The notes below the pieces were generated by a model that saw nothing but the letters and a program-made list of their open reading frames with translations, was not told the DNA's origin and made no database searches. Of a stretch of DNA of 64,000 nucleotides, positions 50,511 to 63,409 are shown piece after piece. Each line of letters begins with the position of its first letter. Within the stretch, counting starts at the first letter, position 1. The position numbers and the translations under genes were made by a program. Source of the stretch: Phoronis australis (taxonomy: Eukaryota; Animalia; Phoronida); the NCBI GenBank assembly GCA_002633005.1, contig NMRA01000060.1, positions 663,752 through 727,751 of the forward strand. Direction: 5' to 3'.

Positions 50511-51719
50511 GAAGACTGAAAACATCCGTGTTGCCGGCGCTTAACTCACCATTAATAAATTCGGAAATATGCATCTTTTAAGAGAAGTCCGATGTGTGTA
50601 TGTATGGTCGTTCGTAATCGCGATGTGGTGTATATCTCACTGACATGCCAATGGAGAATAATAACCCACAGTTAACATTATCTGACGTCTGCCGAATAGC
50701 ATATTACATGAACGTGTATATTCAATTGTTTCACGATGTTGCAAAAATGGTCTTTTTGTGACGACCATCAAAAGAGCTTAGGTGTGGCGAGCGCGTTCAT
50801 GACAACGTTTTGCCGTTCAGTGACTTTACCAGACGTAGGGGGTTCTGAGCGTGTGTTAACATCTACATGTAGCTTCTTTGTTAACTGCCAAGTACTGTCT
50901 TTTGTCAATTATGACGAGAAGCAGGCAAATTATCTACCAGGCTGATCACAGACCACTAGTGAACAGAGTCAAACTCGGAGTGAATTGGTGTATTCGAAAA
51001 GAATTGTTGTAACTTCGGTTGCAGTTGGGCGATTTTGGCGATTCAAAAACTAAACACGATCACCCTTTGACGAACATTTCAGAAATGCTTTTGGTTTTTG
51101 TTCAAATATGTTATAGCTTAACTTTTATTTTTAACAGCACAGCCCAGTCAGGCTAGATACGATGTGATCGGAGAATTGAGCAATTATCGAACAAAAGAGC
51201 GCAGGCCCTCGAACCATCAATGCGAGAATAAAGTTAATCAGTCTTGTAAGACACTGGCTACGGGGGTAAACTGCCCAACTTGTTTTTGGGCTATAGAATC
51301 GAACAAGTTGTGAGCAACGGGATGTCATGTCATAGCACTGAGTTTTTCCTGTAAAGTTTTCTGGCTTCCGTCACTTAATTTTATTCCGGCAATGCAACAG
51401 CGGTTCTTGTCGGTATTATGTGGTTCATAGGAGTATAATTTTATTAGCAAAATTTTTGAATTTTCAAAAAACAACTCTGGTTTTTTTCTAAATCAATCGA
51501 TGCAACCTACAAGTAAAATATAGATGCTGATACTGGCCTATAGTGAACAAAACAGGAGAATCATGAAACCCCTACAGGCACTATGTTGGTTCCGCAACTG
51601 ACCTACACGTAACAGGGCCGTGCCAGGTTACATAGCGACAGAACTCTCCTTTGCTTTGTATATATATTTTGAAAACATGTTTTTTTCTGAAAAATAAAAA
51701 AAATAAAAAATATGAAAAC

Positions 51720-53913
51720 AAATATAACGGAAAAACTCTCTGGAAAATCATAAAATCAATTTTACCTAACAAGTCCAAGTCTGTCGCAAATGAATTTCTA
51801 ATTGGTAACGATGTTGTTTCGGACAAAAGTAAAACAGCAAATGCTTTTTACTGGCATTGGCCAAAATCTTGCTGAAAAATTCAGTATGTCAACCATTGAG
51901 CTCGAGCCCAAGATACAGGAAGGAATATCATTTAATTTTCGAGACATTCAAGTCGATTACGTCCGAGAACAAATAAAAACTCTGAAATCTAGTGGTGACA
52001 GTGGCATCGATAGCATTGATGCTAAACTGTTAAAACTGGCGTCTCAGCAAAGCTGAGCCCTTACGAATATCATGAATTTAAGTTTAAAACGGCCACAATT
52101 CCTAGAGAATGGAAGATGGCGGTTGTTACTCCTGTTTTTAAAGATGGTGAAAAGTCCAGTTGAGAGAATTATAGACCAATATTGGCCTTCCCTGCAGTGT
52201 CCAAAATTCTTGAAAGATTTGTCCAAAAGCAGCTTCACCAGTTCCTGGAACAAAATTTCCTTCTCTCCGCAGCTCAGTCTGGTTTCCGCCCCGGCCTTGC
52301 ATTCCACTCTGACTACAAATATTCATGCTACTGAGTTTATCTTTAATAATATGGATCAGGAGAGGCTTATTGGTGCTGTCTTTGTTGACCATAAGAAAGC
52401 CTTTGACAGTGTGGACCATGGTATCCTATTACAGAAACTAGAGACTTATGGAGTTAATTATAACGAACTCCTTTGATTTAGAAACTACTTATAGTACGAC
52501 CGTAAACAGGCCACCAAATACGGTAGTATTTTTTTCTGACTACTCAGCCGCAATCACGGGCTTACCTCAGAGTTCCATTCTGGGCCCTCTATTATTCACT
52601 ATTTTTGTTAACGACCCCCCTACCGTCATCCACAACAGTGTCCCAGTTTTATATGCTGATGACACTGCAATTTTTTCCACCGCTGGATCAGTAAAAGAAC
52701 TCGAAACTTCTCTCAACAATGAGCTAGCCCTTATCCATGACTGGCTGATTCAAAATAAACTCACTCTTAACGTTAGTAAAACCAAGTCGATGCTGTTGGG
52801 AACCCACCAGATATTAAAACAACAAAAGCTGTCCCTTTCTATCAACGGTTCTCCCATCGAGAATGTTGACAGGTTTGAGTACTTGGGCCTTATTTAAGAT
52901 CCCAAATCTTCAAATTTAATATGCACATAGATTACTCAAGGAAATTATCAAAGAAAATCGGTGTACTTAAACGTCTAGGCAAATTTCTTAATGTCAGTAC
53001 TCTTAAGACCTTTTACCAGTCTATTATTCAGCCTCATATTGATTATTATTTACAGGTTTAGGGGCATACCAGTGACACACTTGTCAGCAATGTCCGAGTA
53101 ATCCCAAAATAGAGCCGCCAGGGTTATCCCGGGTACTAGAATCAGAGACACTAGGGTCGAGGACTTGTATTCCAAGCTGGAATTTATGTAAGTAAAACAA
53201 AGAAATAAATATCTCTCTGCCTGTTGTACGTACAGATGTATCAATGGCTTGGCTCCAGCATATCTCAACCGAAAATTCAATAGCAGTCAAGCGGTATATT
53301 CTACACGCTCTTCTGTTGCTGGAAATGTTTCTTTTAAAAAATTAAAACCGAGACCAACAAGACATCTTTTATCTATGCATGGGCGGCGCACCATAGGGGG
53401 CTGGGGGGAGGGGGCTATAGCCCCACTTTTTTCAGTGCTACGCTGCACATGGTCTATAAGCGGTGCACCACAGGGGGGCTAAGGGGGCTCCCACTTTTTT
53501 CAGTGATTCGCCACCCATGCTATGCTGCTGCAATATGGAATTTTCTTAGGCCAGAAACTAAACGGTCCGATTCAATTAATACCTTCAAACTGAAAATAAA
53601 ATAGTGGCTATAATTTACCTAACATTTTTATACCCTACCTATCTTAATCATGTCATTTTTTCATTATCGCAAATACTCTCACTGTTTAGAGTCATCGCTT
53701 TATTTATTTCATCTGTCTTAGTTAAACATTTCCCATTCTTCGTCATTTATTTATTGTCTTAATTTTCAACCTGTTTTAATTGCATCTTTGTTAGGTATAT
53801 TTTTTGTTGTTTTATTACTTGATATGTTGAGGGCCCTCTTGGAAAGCAGTGCTATCACTGACAAACTTAGAGGCCACCCTCATTTTAAAAATCACAATAA
53901 ATAAATAAATAAA
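51720..53913 (+). mobile_element. 5'-truncated decayed L2/CR1-group LINE with an (AATA)n tail
   Basis: LWKIIKSILP, GIDSIDAKLLK, GAVFVDHKKAFDSVDHGILL, GLPQSSILGPLLFTIFVND, LYADDT, NKLTLNVSKTK, FEYLG; the 3' UTR ends in AATAAATAAATAAATAAA. Confidence 0.92.
53378..53519. mobile_element. 142-bp MITE with a 5-bp TSD (Transib-like), inserted in the LINE
   Basis: CATGGGCGGCG...CGCCACCCATG flanked by CTATG at 53373-53377 and 53520-53524; removing it restores TSFIYAAAIWN. Confidence 0.8.
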
Positions 53914-54439
53914 TTATTCAACTTTCTCCCGCCACAGCNTACGCTGCACATGGTCTATAAGCGGTGCACCACAGGGGGGCTAAGGGGGCTCCCACTTTTT
54001 TCAGTGATTCGCCGCCCATGCTATGCTGCTGCAATATGGAATTTTCTTAGCCCAGAAACTAAACGGTCCGATTCAATTAATACCTTCAAACTGAATATAA
54101 AATAGTGGCTATAATTTACCTAACATTTTTATACCCTACCTATCTTAATCATGTCATTTTTTCATTATAGCAAATACTCTCACTGTTTAGAGTCATCGAT
54201 TTATTTATTTCATCTGTCTTAGTTAAACATTTCCCATTCTTCGTCATTTATTTATTGTCTTAATTTTCAACCTGTTTTAATTGCATCTTTGTTAGGTATA
54301 TTTTTTGTTGTTTTATTACTTGATATGTTGAGGGCCCTCTTGGAAAGCAGTGCTATCACTGACAAACTTAGAGGCCACCCTCATTTTAAAAATCACAATA
54401 AATAAATAAATAAATTATTCAACTTTCTCCCGCCACAGC
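53439..54439. repeat. Near-identical 500-bp direct duplication around a single N (probable assembly overlap)
   Basis: 53439-53938 is repeated at 53940-54439 with about five substitutions; the junction base 53939 is N. Confidence 0.9.
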
Positions 54440-55374
54440 ACAACAGTAATACTTCGTTGGCATTGGAAAGACGAATAGAGCAATGAATGTCGCCGAGAAA
54501 AAATTGCTTAGAATACGACAAGTAACATGAAGAACTCCTATCGCCCGAAAACGAGGCTACAAAAGCGATTGACGGATATTGGGGCACTTGTAAATAGAAG
54601 TTCGAATCTGGCGGTTGTGCATTATGGGATGTCTCCATTTGCACTATGCTGCATAAAATACCACTTTGGCGCGGCCAACTTGATAGTTTTTGCTTTAGGC
54701 CAGATACACAACTTCACATCCCGACTGGGACAAAACATCAAGGTAAGCTACACCTATTGCACATTTTTGAGACGTAGTCATGTTTACTGTGTGCGCCAGA
54801 GGCAGCAGAACATTTTTCTCTTGGTTTCTGGTGTTGGGCAAATGAAAGTCCATGGCTTGTGTTAGAATCCTTTTAGTGAGTAAAAAGGCGTACCGGTACA
54901 CTTTGACAACGGTTCGTCGTCCGTTGTGATTAAATCTAATAGGTCGATAATAAAATTATTGGGTCTCTTCTGTAACTTATCCGCAAATTAGTGACAACAT
55001 TACTGGATATCACAGGTATTTTATCTTCGTCGTGACCTAAATTCAGTCTGAGTGTAGCATAATTTTGTTTTTACGATTAAACAGCACATGTGTGACTTAG
55101 CCTGTTGCCATGGATATTTTTAGGGGGAATTGGAAACGTACATGTACTATAGGCCGATCGATTAGACTTCAGAGAACCGCGGCGGGAAGGTATCCTTTTA
55201 ACCGTGTGATAAAAAAATAAATGCAGGCGGTCTGGTACACGTTGTACCAGACGTGCGCAGGCCGCGCATGTGGGCCCATTGCAACTGATCACCTGGAAAA
55301 TATTTTTGTGTTTTATTAATATATAGTTAAAACCGAGCTGAGGAGCTAGAAACCAGACTCAAGGGTCTAGCAGC

Positions 55375-55445
55375 GTGGCTCAGTGGGACTCGAACCTACG
55401 ACCTCGAGTAAAGAAGGCCACACTGCCTCTTCTAACCATGTGATA
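55375..55445 (-). mobile_element. Decayed tRNA-derived SINE head
   Basis: Minus-strand B box GGTTCGAGTCC and A-box-like TGGTTAGA; no intact cloverleaf. Confidence 0.5.
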
Positions 55446-56661
55446 GATGTACCGTGAAAGTGTAAGAAGGTCACCAGTAGACAATGCCTGGTCACTTACT
55501 ATTGCAGTAGTGTCAACAGCAGAATACATGGAATGTTCTTGGTTACACACCAAATTTATTCAGTAATTCATGTCATGTCAGCCATAAAATAGAAATCACA
55601 GTAAATTTAGAATATTTAATCACAACATATATACTTGATGCACTTGTGAACATATACTTTGGCATGTCAAGAAGAGCTATAAACAGCGCCTCCTGGTATT
55701 ATAATATTATTCACCTGTCGTGGGTAAACATGTACCCAAATAAAGCACAAGCGTTAAACCATGCAACATATTGGGTAACAAAATAATAAGGATTAGAGAA
55801 ACAACAACTAAATGATATACAAGTGCACATGACAACTTAATGTTCGATCTACAGTATAAGCTGCAGACATTCCACACGGTTGCAAAGTATCTATAACAAT
55901 ACCCACCAATGGGGTAAGTAAATATAATGGGTGTAGTGGGGACCTGCTGCTGAGATGAGGGTGCAGATTTGAAGGACCAGCTAAACCCTCTGTTCTAAAA
56001 AGATGTTTGGCCCTCAGGTTGTCCACAACACTCACTAGGGCCAATATTCACTTTCAGTCACACTGTGTATGACTGGTTGGTCTACCAAAAACCACTATAG
56101 GAATGTGCGGCCACTTCCCTTCAAAGGAGAATGAAAATACAAGGTCCAGCTGGCCAGGCAGGACTGTACCTCCAGACATTGGGCATTAAACATTATCAAT
56201 GACTTCCGTTTCCTCTAATGAATGTTTTGGGGGAAATCTCAGTGCTAATTACATCCCATTTCATCTGGCACAGAACTTCAATGTGGTCCCATTTTAAGAT
56301 ACACCAAACAAAAATCAGCAAACTTGTCATGAAATAGCCTGCAACAGCAAACGATAATTTCCATGATTTGTTATGTTGGCATGGCAACATGTCCCTCGAT
56401 TCTGACCCCAATGTGACAATGCCAGACCAGGTGATGCGGAGCCTGACTTGATCAAATCAACTATCTCACCATGGCAGTTCACTTGTTAACCAAACTTTTT
56501 GGTTTTGGTATTTGATAAAAGTTGTTTGGTGACAAGTGAAATGAAGTAGAAAATGTAGTGAGAAAATATATACAATGAAGTCAGTGATGTCAAAAAGAAG
56601 AGCCAGTACCAGTACAGGCTTGGTACTCAACTAGAAGATCCTCAGCTGCACTCATATCAAC

Positions 56662-56880
56662 ATATAAAATTTGCAAACATTTTTAAGTCTGGTCTACACA
56701 CCACCTGTTGGCCACATCACGTGACCTAATGAATATAAGTCTGAAAACATTTCTACCCAGACCAGGACTCGAACCGGGACCTTCTGCTAACCATGAAGAC
56801 GCTCTCGTCCACAGAGCCATCAGGACCACTGGTCAAACAGTGGCGTGTAGACCTGACTTAAAAATGTTTGCGATCTATAT
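56662..56880 (-). mobile_element. Inverted-repeat element enclosing a tRNA-like sequence
   Basis: ~50-bp arms GCAAACATTTTTAAGTC(T/A)GGTCTACAC; internal minus-strand 56827-56755 has A box TGGCTCTGTGG and B box GGTTCGAGTCC. Confidence 0.75.
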
Positions 56881-59347
56881 TTTCACACTGGTTCAAGATT
56901 AACTATTCATTTACAACACATACAGTAACAACAATTAAGCACACAGGACTGAGGCACAACTAGTATCACACACCTTCACATCTGGGTGGAGCACCTGAGA
57001 GCACAGTGCATAAAGCACTTCATTACTGCATAAACTAAAAAGCCTCAGTAACAAAAAGTAAAGCACGGGGACAGTACAGGATGTGACCTTGTTTTCACAA
57101 GACTGTACAATGTGTTCTATAATTGTGATGATATATCAGCGATATTCCTGGACTGCCTCTTTGCAGCATTAGTGCATGAAACAATAAAAAGACGCAAGTA
57201 CATTGCAACAATGCCCCCCCCCCCCATTCCAGGTACAGTCTTCCAAAAGTGCAAGATTCTANATAAGTGCAAGATTCTAGTCAACTTAGTTCGGTAAAAT
57301 ATGACTCTGTTCTCATTTCATTTGCCTATAGGGTTTCTGTACCATAAGTTACCACATTTATTACACTAAGTCTGCTGGGTACAACTTTTTCAGAAAAAGG
57401 CGCTTTTTATCATTAGGTTCGCCCAAAGCAAAGGCCAGTTTCAAAACTGGTCAGGAATATCCCTGATATACATGTACAAAATTAAGCAAGAATATCACCA
57501 AAAATAAATCACTAACGAGTGTATATTATCAAATAAGGCAATTAAAAAGTAAAAAAGAGCAACAATGAGCATTGAAATGACCTCAAGACAGCACTGCAAA
57601 TGGAAGGCTTTTAGGAGTGTTTATAAGTATCATAAAAATGGCTATTATATGACATAGAATACTTCGTACCTGTCTGAAAATAGTAGGTGTTGTTGACTTT
57701 TAAATGGAAAACTATTTCCCAAATTTCATGAAAATCCCTTAAAAAACTCCAAAGATTACAGAGGAGATGGTGAAAAAACAATTTGTCAGTTAGGAGGCGG
57801 AGTGGTAGAGTGATATCTCCATCTGTTGTCAACTTGCAATAAACTTAACAAATTTTCAAAATATTACACAAGAGGCTTAGGAAATAGAGCCACAGATGCC
57901 TAAAATGTCACCAAGCAGCACCACACAAGTTGAACCCATCTAAAAATCCACGTCAGTTATGCTTTCATGATGATCCTATCCTCTCAGCGGTTTGGCATAC
58001 ACAGCGGCAGACGATTCGAATTAATGGCCAATAGACAGTTAGGCAGTGAAGAATATTCCAAATCCATCCCAAAATAGAAAATTGCTGTCTTCATCATAAT
58101 AGAAAAGTGTTTGACAAACTTCATTAAAACCCACAGAAGAACACTTAAGATACAGCGGTAAAAGTAAAAACTGAAATTGCCACAAGGTGGCGAAGTGTTA
58201 GTCAGGGTCATCAAAAAATTGTGGGCAGCTGTTAACTCGTTTATAAGGTAACACTTGCAAAATTTCACAAAGATATAGACAAGGATTAAAGGAGAATACA
58301 GTTGTGGAGCAAAAATATAGTGAATCCATCTGAAAATGAACACAATCGTCTCCTTATTAAAAACCTGAAAATCCATCAAGTAACTAAAATTGCCACTAGG
58401 GGGCAGAGCAGTAGTCACATCCGTCTGAAACTTGTCATCTGTTGTCAGTTTCATAGGAACCCATCTGCCAAATTTCATGAAGTTCCTGCAAAGGGTTAAA
58501 GAGATACCACTGAAAACCCAAAACCAAAAATCGTCACCAGGATGCGCCAGAGTGGTCCAATCCTACCAAAAATCAACATCAGCCGCAATCATCTCTTCAG
58601 AAACATATCTGCCACTATTTCACTATGATCCCTTGACCATTTTGGCAGATAGAGAAGCAGAAGCCCAAAACGGATTCAAAAATTTTAAGAATGCCCAATG
58701 GGTGATACAGAATATGTCAGGCACAAGAGGCAATAAAGTGACTTATTTTAACTAATTTACCTGAAACATCATCACAACAAAATTAACACTGACAGGATTG
58801 ACAGTGGACTAGAATGCAAAACCAATCTGACATTAACTTAACAGCTAATGAAACAGTCCTGCTTACTATATCAACAAACACCATGTACAAACATAACCGG
58901 TATGTCAGTGTAGCCAAGTCTTTTAAACTGTCTACCCACACTTACGGCAAAATGCATACAGCAAGGGAATGCATGCTAAACCTTTGCACGAGAAACAATG
59001 AAACGTGAGTGAAATGAACACTGTTTACACACTGCCGATGATCAATTAAATACAAAAAGCATTCCAGCAAAAGACAGAGCTTAAAATCATGAGTCTACTA
59101 TAATGTCAAATGCTGTCAGTAAAGCATGTTTGAGTAAGCAGCTCCCTAGCAAAACTATCTGAGCTTATTACTGGAACCAACAATGATAAAGATCATGCTG
59201 AATCGATATCAATAAACAATACTCGGACAGTTCTCACCAAGAGATATCATGTACGTACTATGCATTGTCAATTGGAAGGGTCAACGCATGAAGGTGAGTG
59301 TCTGTTCACTCATTCCAACACATTCAGGCAGTCGCATCACTCATGCG

Positions 59348-59542
59348 CTACACAACACCATCCGACTGGTCAGGCCGCTGTGACATAGTTGTGGGAACGC
59401 TGTACGCAGTTAGCTGCACTGGCTCATCCAAATTCTCCTTGGGTAAACTGACAGAGCCCACCGGGCCACAACACGTGTCCCGATAACAGTCCCGGTCCGG
59501 CCCACACTCTAAGGCGCAGTCACGCCCGTCCTTTGACATGTG
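59348..59542 (-). CDS. SLC30A1: Zinc transporter ZnT1-like, terminal exon
   Basis: Acceptor TATTCCAG; HMSKDGRDCALECGPDRDCYRDTCCGP...*, the ZnT1/10-type Cys-rich tail; in phase with the previous exon. Confidence 0.88.
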   Translation of the reverse strand, partial: HMSKDGRDCALECGPDRDCYRDTCCGPVGSVSLPKENLDEPVQLTAYSVPTTMSQRPDQSDGVV

Positions 59543-60499
59543 CTGGAATAGACAATTAACACAGTAAGAGAGACAGCAAACAGCAAACATGAGATGACAC
59601 CAGTTGGCAGTTAAGCGCATTTCACAATGAGCAAGACAATAGCAATTAAATGAAGGTTATTGACAAATGACAGCCGAGGTAAATGTCCATATCAGTGTGA
59701 CAACAATTTGTTTCAATCTTTGCTGGATACAATTTTCAGAAGTCTAGCTGTCAGACACCTTTGCACCTGGCTGTTATTAAGTTCTGCTTGTCCACCAAGT
59801 GGACATGAACTCTTGATTACCAGAATCTGTGGATAGGCGCTTAACATCGGGGTACAATTAATCAACAGAGTGTCAAGTAAAAAATTCCACCCCTTACTGC
59901 TTAATTAAAGTTTGCCAGAGTTCTCCTGCAGCTTGTTCATTTTATTTTGGTCCTCAGACTTCAGCAGAAAACTAGTGACCAAACGTCAGTTGCAAGATAA
60001 CTCAGCGGAAGGAAAACCCTTTGCATGGTTAACCTTAGGAAACGTTAGGCTGCTAACACACTTCTACAACATTGTGGGTAAACACTCTGCCATCATTTTC
60101 AGAAAAATCCATAACGTCCAAGCTGCAGACAAAGTAGACCTGCAGCTCAGGTTAACTTGGGCTGGCTACTGCTAGACCATGTAGCCCAGGTGAAACTAGT
60201 ACACCGTGAAGTGTCAGTCTACCATTAATACAAAAAAGCCTGCAAGTGATTATCATGAAGGGTTCGGCTAACATGGGAAATGTCCTATCATGGGCACAAA
60301 TGCAAAAAGTGGGCAATGAGGTCGAGTCATGTGGCCAGTACATAATTACTACCATCAATGGAGTTCTACTAGAGCTGTGATTTCACTAATGCACTCAGTC
60401 AAGTGGATGACATCAGTTACAGTGAATTCTTTAACGACTTGTTGAAGTGCATGAGAAGGATCAAACTGTGAATACAACATATTTAACACGGACCCCTCC

Positions 60500-60860
60500 G
60501 ACTCCTACATAGGGGAAACTAATTGCTCTCTGTGAGCTAGAATGAAGGAACTCTCCTAAGTTGAATAAACCCACTGACATTGGTGATCATGCCCTCAACA
60601 CTGGCCATACAGTGGACAGGGACAATGCTCAGGTTGTAGCAAGTGAAGAGCGCCAGTATGATGGGAAAGTCAAGGAGGTCGCCGACATCAAGGCCAGACA
60701 GCCCAGCATGAATACGGACCAAGGACTACAGCTCCCCAGTGTGTATGACCTAATTCTGGATCTTAGTTACCGAGACATACGAGACCCATCCGTTGAAGAA
60801 GACCCGGCGGTAACGTCCGAAGCCTCCACAACAAATGTTCGTAGTAAATGAATTTTATCT
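60500..60860 (+). mobile_element. Penelope-like element 3' fragment (GIY-YIG endonuclease) in the ZnT intron
   Basis: SYIGETNCSL*ARMKE...IGDHALNTGHTVDRDNAQVV...KVKE...QPSMNTDQGLQLPSVYDLIL. Confidence 0.85.
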
Positions 60861-61014
60861 GCTCAACATCCTCCCAAACAATGAAAACCCCATTCTATCG
60901 CAACACATTTAACATTGAAGAGCATGCATAGTTTCAGTCAAACAACTGAAGGAAATTTGTGGCCAGAAACGAATGCTTTTATTGCAAATGCACTGTAATT
61001 TGTGCATCACTTAC

Positions 61015-61203
61015 ATCAATAAACTCAGGTTGCACTGTTACAGAATGGATGCCTTCATCATGGAACACCTTCTTGATCTCTTCAGAAATGCGCACATAGT
61101 CCCCAAGACTAGTGCTGTCAATCTTGATGTGTGTCGATGCTATCACACGGTTACCAGCCAACTGCCAGACATGGAATTCGTGCAGACCTATAACACCACT
61201 CAG
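61015..61203 (-). CDS. SLC30A1: Zinc transporter ZnT1-like, exon (cytoplasmic dimerization domain)
   Basis: AG/GT bounded, 189 nt: LSGVIGLHEFHVWQLAGNRVIASTHI...FHDEGIHSVTVQPEFID. Confidence 0.95.
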
Positions 61204-61635
61204 CTAGAAAAGAGTAGATTGTCCGATTAGTCCTGACCTATGGCGAAAATCATGAATACTTCCTAAATGCAGTGCAAACTGCTCATTATTTAAGGTATTT
61301 GTTAGTCTTACACAATACATTTACTAGCTTAATCCACAGATTTGACCTCCACAAGATACCAATTGTTAGAATAGGCTAAAAAGATGCTCCACTTTAATAA
61401 TCTATCAGTAAATCAAAGTCCATGGACATCAGAATTTTCAAGAGAAAATTGCTGAGTGCCATCCACTACCTTAAAAAAAATTCGTCTGCGACACTTGCCA
61501 CAAATCAAACCAGATGGTTTCTCAAGCAGTCTTTGAGATAATAAATAAAACTGCCATAAGATGCCACACTGGCTGCGACTTCCATCAACTTAGGGGGTAC
61601 AGGGCAGCCTTAGTAGACCTTACTGCAGGACTCAC

Positions 61636-61715
61636 CTGTAAAATCCTCTCCTTTACATCAGCAGTCTTAATATGTTGAGGTACACTCTGTAGCAGTATGT
61701 AGCTGGACTCTTTCA
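61636..61715 (-). CDS. SLC30A1: Zinc transporter ZnT1-like, exon
   Basis: AG/GT bounded, 80 nt: LKESSYILLQSVPQHIKTADVKERILQ. Confidence 0.95.
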
Positions 61716-62361
61716 CTGAAAATAAAGTTAGCAATCGAGCTCAATTCCTTGCTGAAGCCAACAAGGTTAAATGATGTTTTATACTTGAAAACAATTGGTT
61801 GTAATCACTGACAGTCAGTTAGTTTTAAGAAATCCCATCCATATCAGGGCTTGACATAAGGAGCTGTAGGTCACATTTGTGACCTGAAATTTGGAAATGC
61901 CAGCTAATATCGAGTCGCAAAGGAATCCCATCAATATGATGACGTGTAAAGCATCAAGATAAGCATTCTAATTGGGCCCTTATGTGCATAAGCTAAGTCA
62001 GCCCACTGGGTAATGAGTGCAAGCCGTACTATTAATAATCATTTCTGGTCCACAATCGATCCCTGAAGAAAAGAGTAGTGGTTAAAAGTATAAACATGTT
62101 TGTAATCTAGTGCTATTTGAACCCCAACTCATTCGGATGATTCAGAGCAATCCTTGCAAAATGCAATGCAGCACCTCGTGGAACACCTTACTCTGTCTCG
62201 GCACCTCTTTTTCAAGCAAACAATTCAGATCAGAAAATGTTTCAAAGCACATTTTAATGAAACATACACTTGTCATTTGACAGTATGCCACAGACTGAAG
62301 AACACAGAGCTGAAAAGGTTGACAATAAGGTGTTATATCAAATAAGATAAAGGAAACTTAC

Positions 62362-62405
62362 ACAGGGGTACTGTGCTGGCAAGTATGATGCATACCATGA
62401 TGAGA
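62362..62405 (-). CDS. SLC30A1: Zinc transporter ZnT1-like, exon (TM6)
   Basis: AG/GT bounded, 44 nt: SLIMVCIILASTVPL; splice phases match both neighbours. Confidence 0.92.
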
Positions 62406-63267
62406 CTGAAACAGAAGGAACATAAGTCTGCAGTCCTTCATTATCAACAGAGGGCACACCAGCCTGGAGTCATTCATCGTCAATAGGGGGCACATTTGTT
62501 CCCAGCCATACATTAGCACCACTTCAACACAGTGAAAGGCAAAAACATCTATGATACAGTCCCCTGGGGCCAGGATCTAATCTTTGGACTCAAAATCGAA
62601 CTCAAAATTATTTTTATCTCTGTGATTGCTTGGTCAAATTAGTCAGAAACACAACATAAAGCGATGATGATGTAGGTTGAAAATTGCCAAATGTTTTTAA
62701 GAACAAGTTTTATGTTGAATAAATTCTGCAGAAGACCACTCAAGCGAGTCCAGTAAATATTGCGACATGGTGTTGGGGAATAACACTGCATGAGGCAGGT
62801 TAAGTGAGCTCCTAGATATTTCATTAGTGCAATGGTCACCTATTTGCAGAATTTTTTGTTAACTTTTCACATTTACAATTTGCCAATGAATGCAACTACA
62901 CTTTGTTTAGCATATATGATGTTCAAGTAGCATTGTCGTTTAGTTCCTGCTACATGTTAACATAACACCCAGAATCCATCTGAAAACAGGAAGGTATCGT
63001 CGTCTCACTAATGCATACCTATATGCTAAACTTTATGAAATCCATTCAGGACAAACGAAGATACAGAGAGGTAAACTGAAAGAAACAAAATTGCTACTAA
63101 GGGGCACACCAGTAGTCCGAAAATTTACTCATGCCGTCCTATCTATGAAAGGAGCATATCTACAAATTTTCATAAACATACATCAAAGGACGATTTTGGA
63201 GATAGAGCAGTGACACTGGATATAAATATATGCTATTGGGTGCATAAAAAATACTGTTCAAACTCAC

Positions 63268-63409
63268 CTCATGGCTGGGTCGACGTACATGACCCAGCTG
63301 CCTTCAACAAACCAGATGATAAGAGCGCTGATACAGACGACCACTGAACCCAGCGCATCACCCAAAACATGCAGAAATACACCTCGCATGTTCAGCTGAG
63401 CACTTGATG
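63268..63409 (-). CDS. SLC30A1: Zinc transporter ZnT1-like, exon (TM5); earlier exons probably lie beyond the window
   Basis: AG/GT bounded, 142 nt: SSAQLNMRGVFLHVLGDALGSVVVCISALIIWF...YVDPAM, with the HxxxD zinc site. In an invertebrate this is likely a single co-ortholog of SLC30A1 and SLC30A10. Confidence 0.96.

Noticed and set aside
53439-54439. Recent biological tandem duplication
   Set aside because: The junction is exactly at an N and the copies differ by a few SNPs, typical of allelic contig overlap. A smaller case occurs at the N at 57262.
56755-56827. Functional tRNA gene
   Set aside because: Acceptor and anticodon stems pair poorly and it is embedded in an inverted-repeat element.
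57600-58760. 164-aa and 107-aa ORFs
   Set aside because: Atypical composition; the region has recurrent AAATTTCA(T/C) motifs characteristic of a non-coding interspersed repeat.
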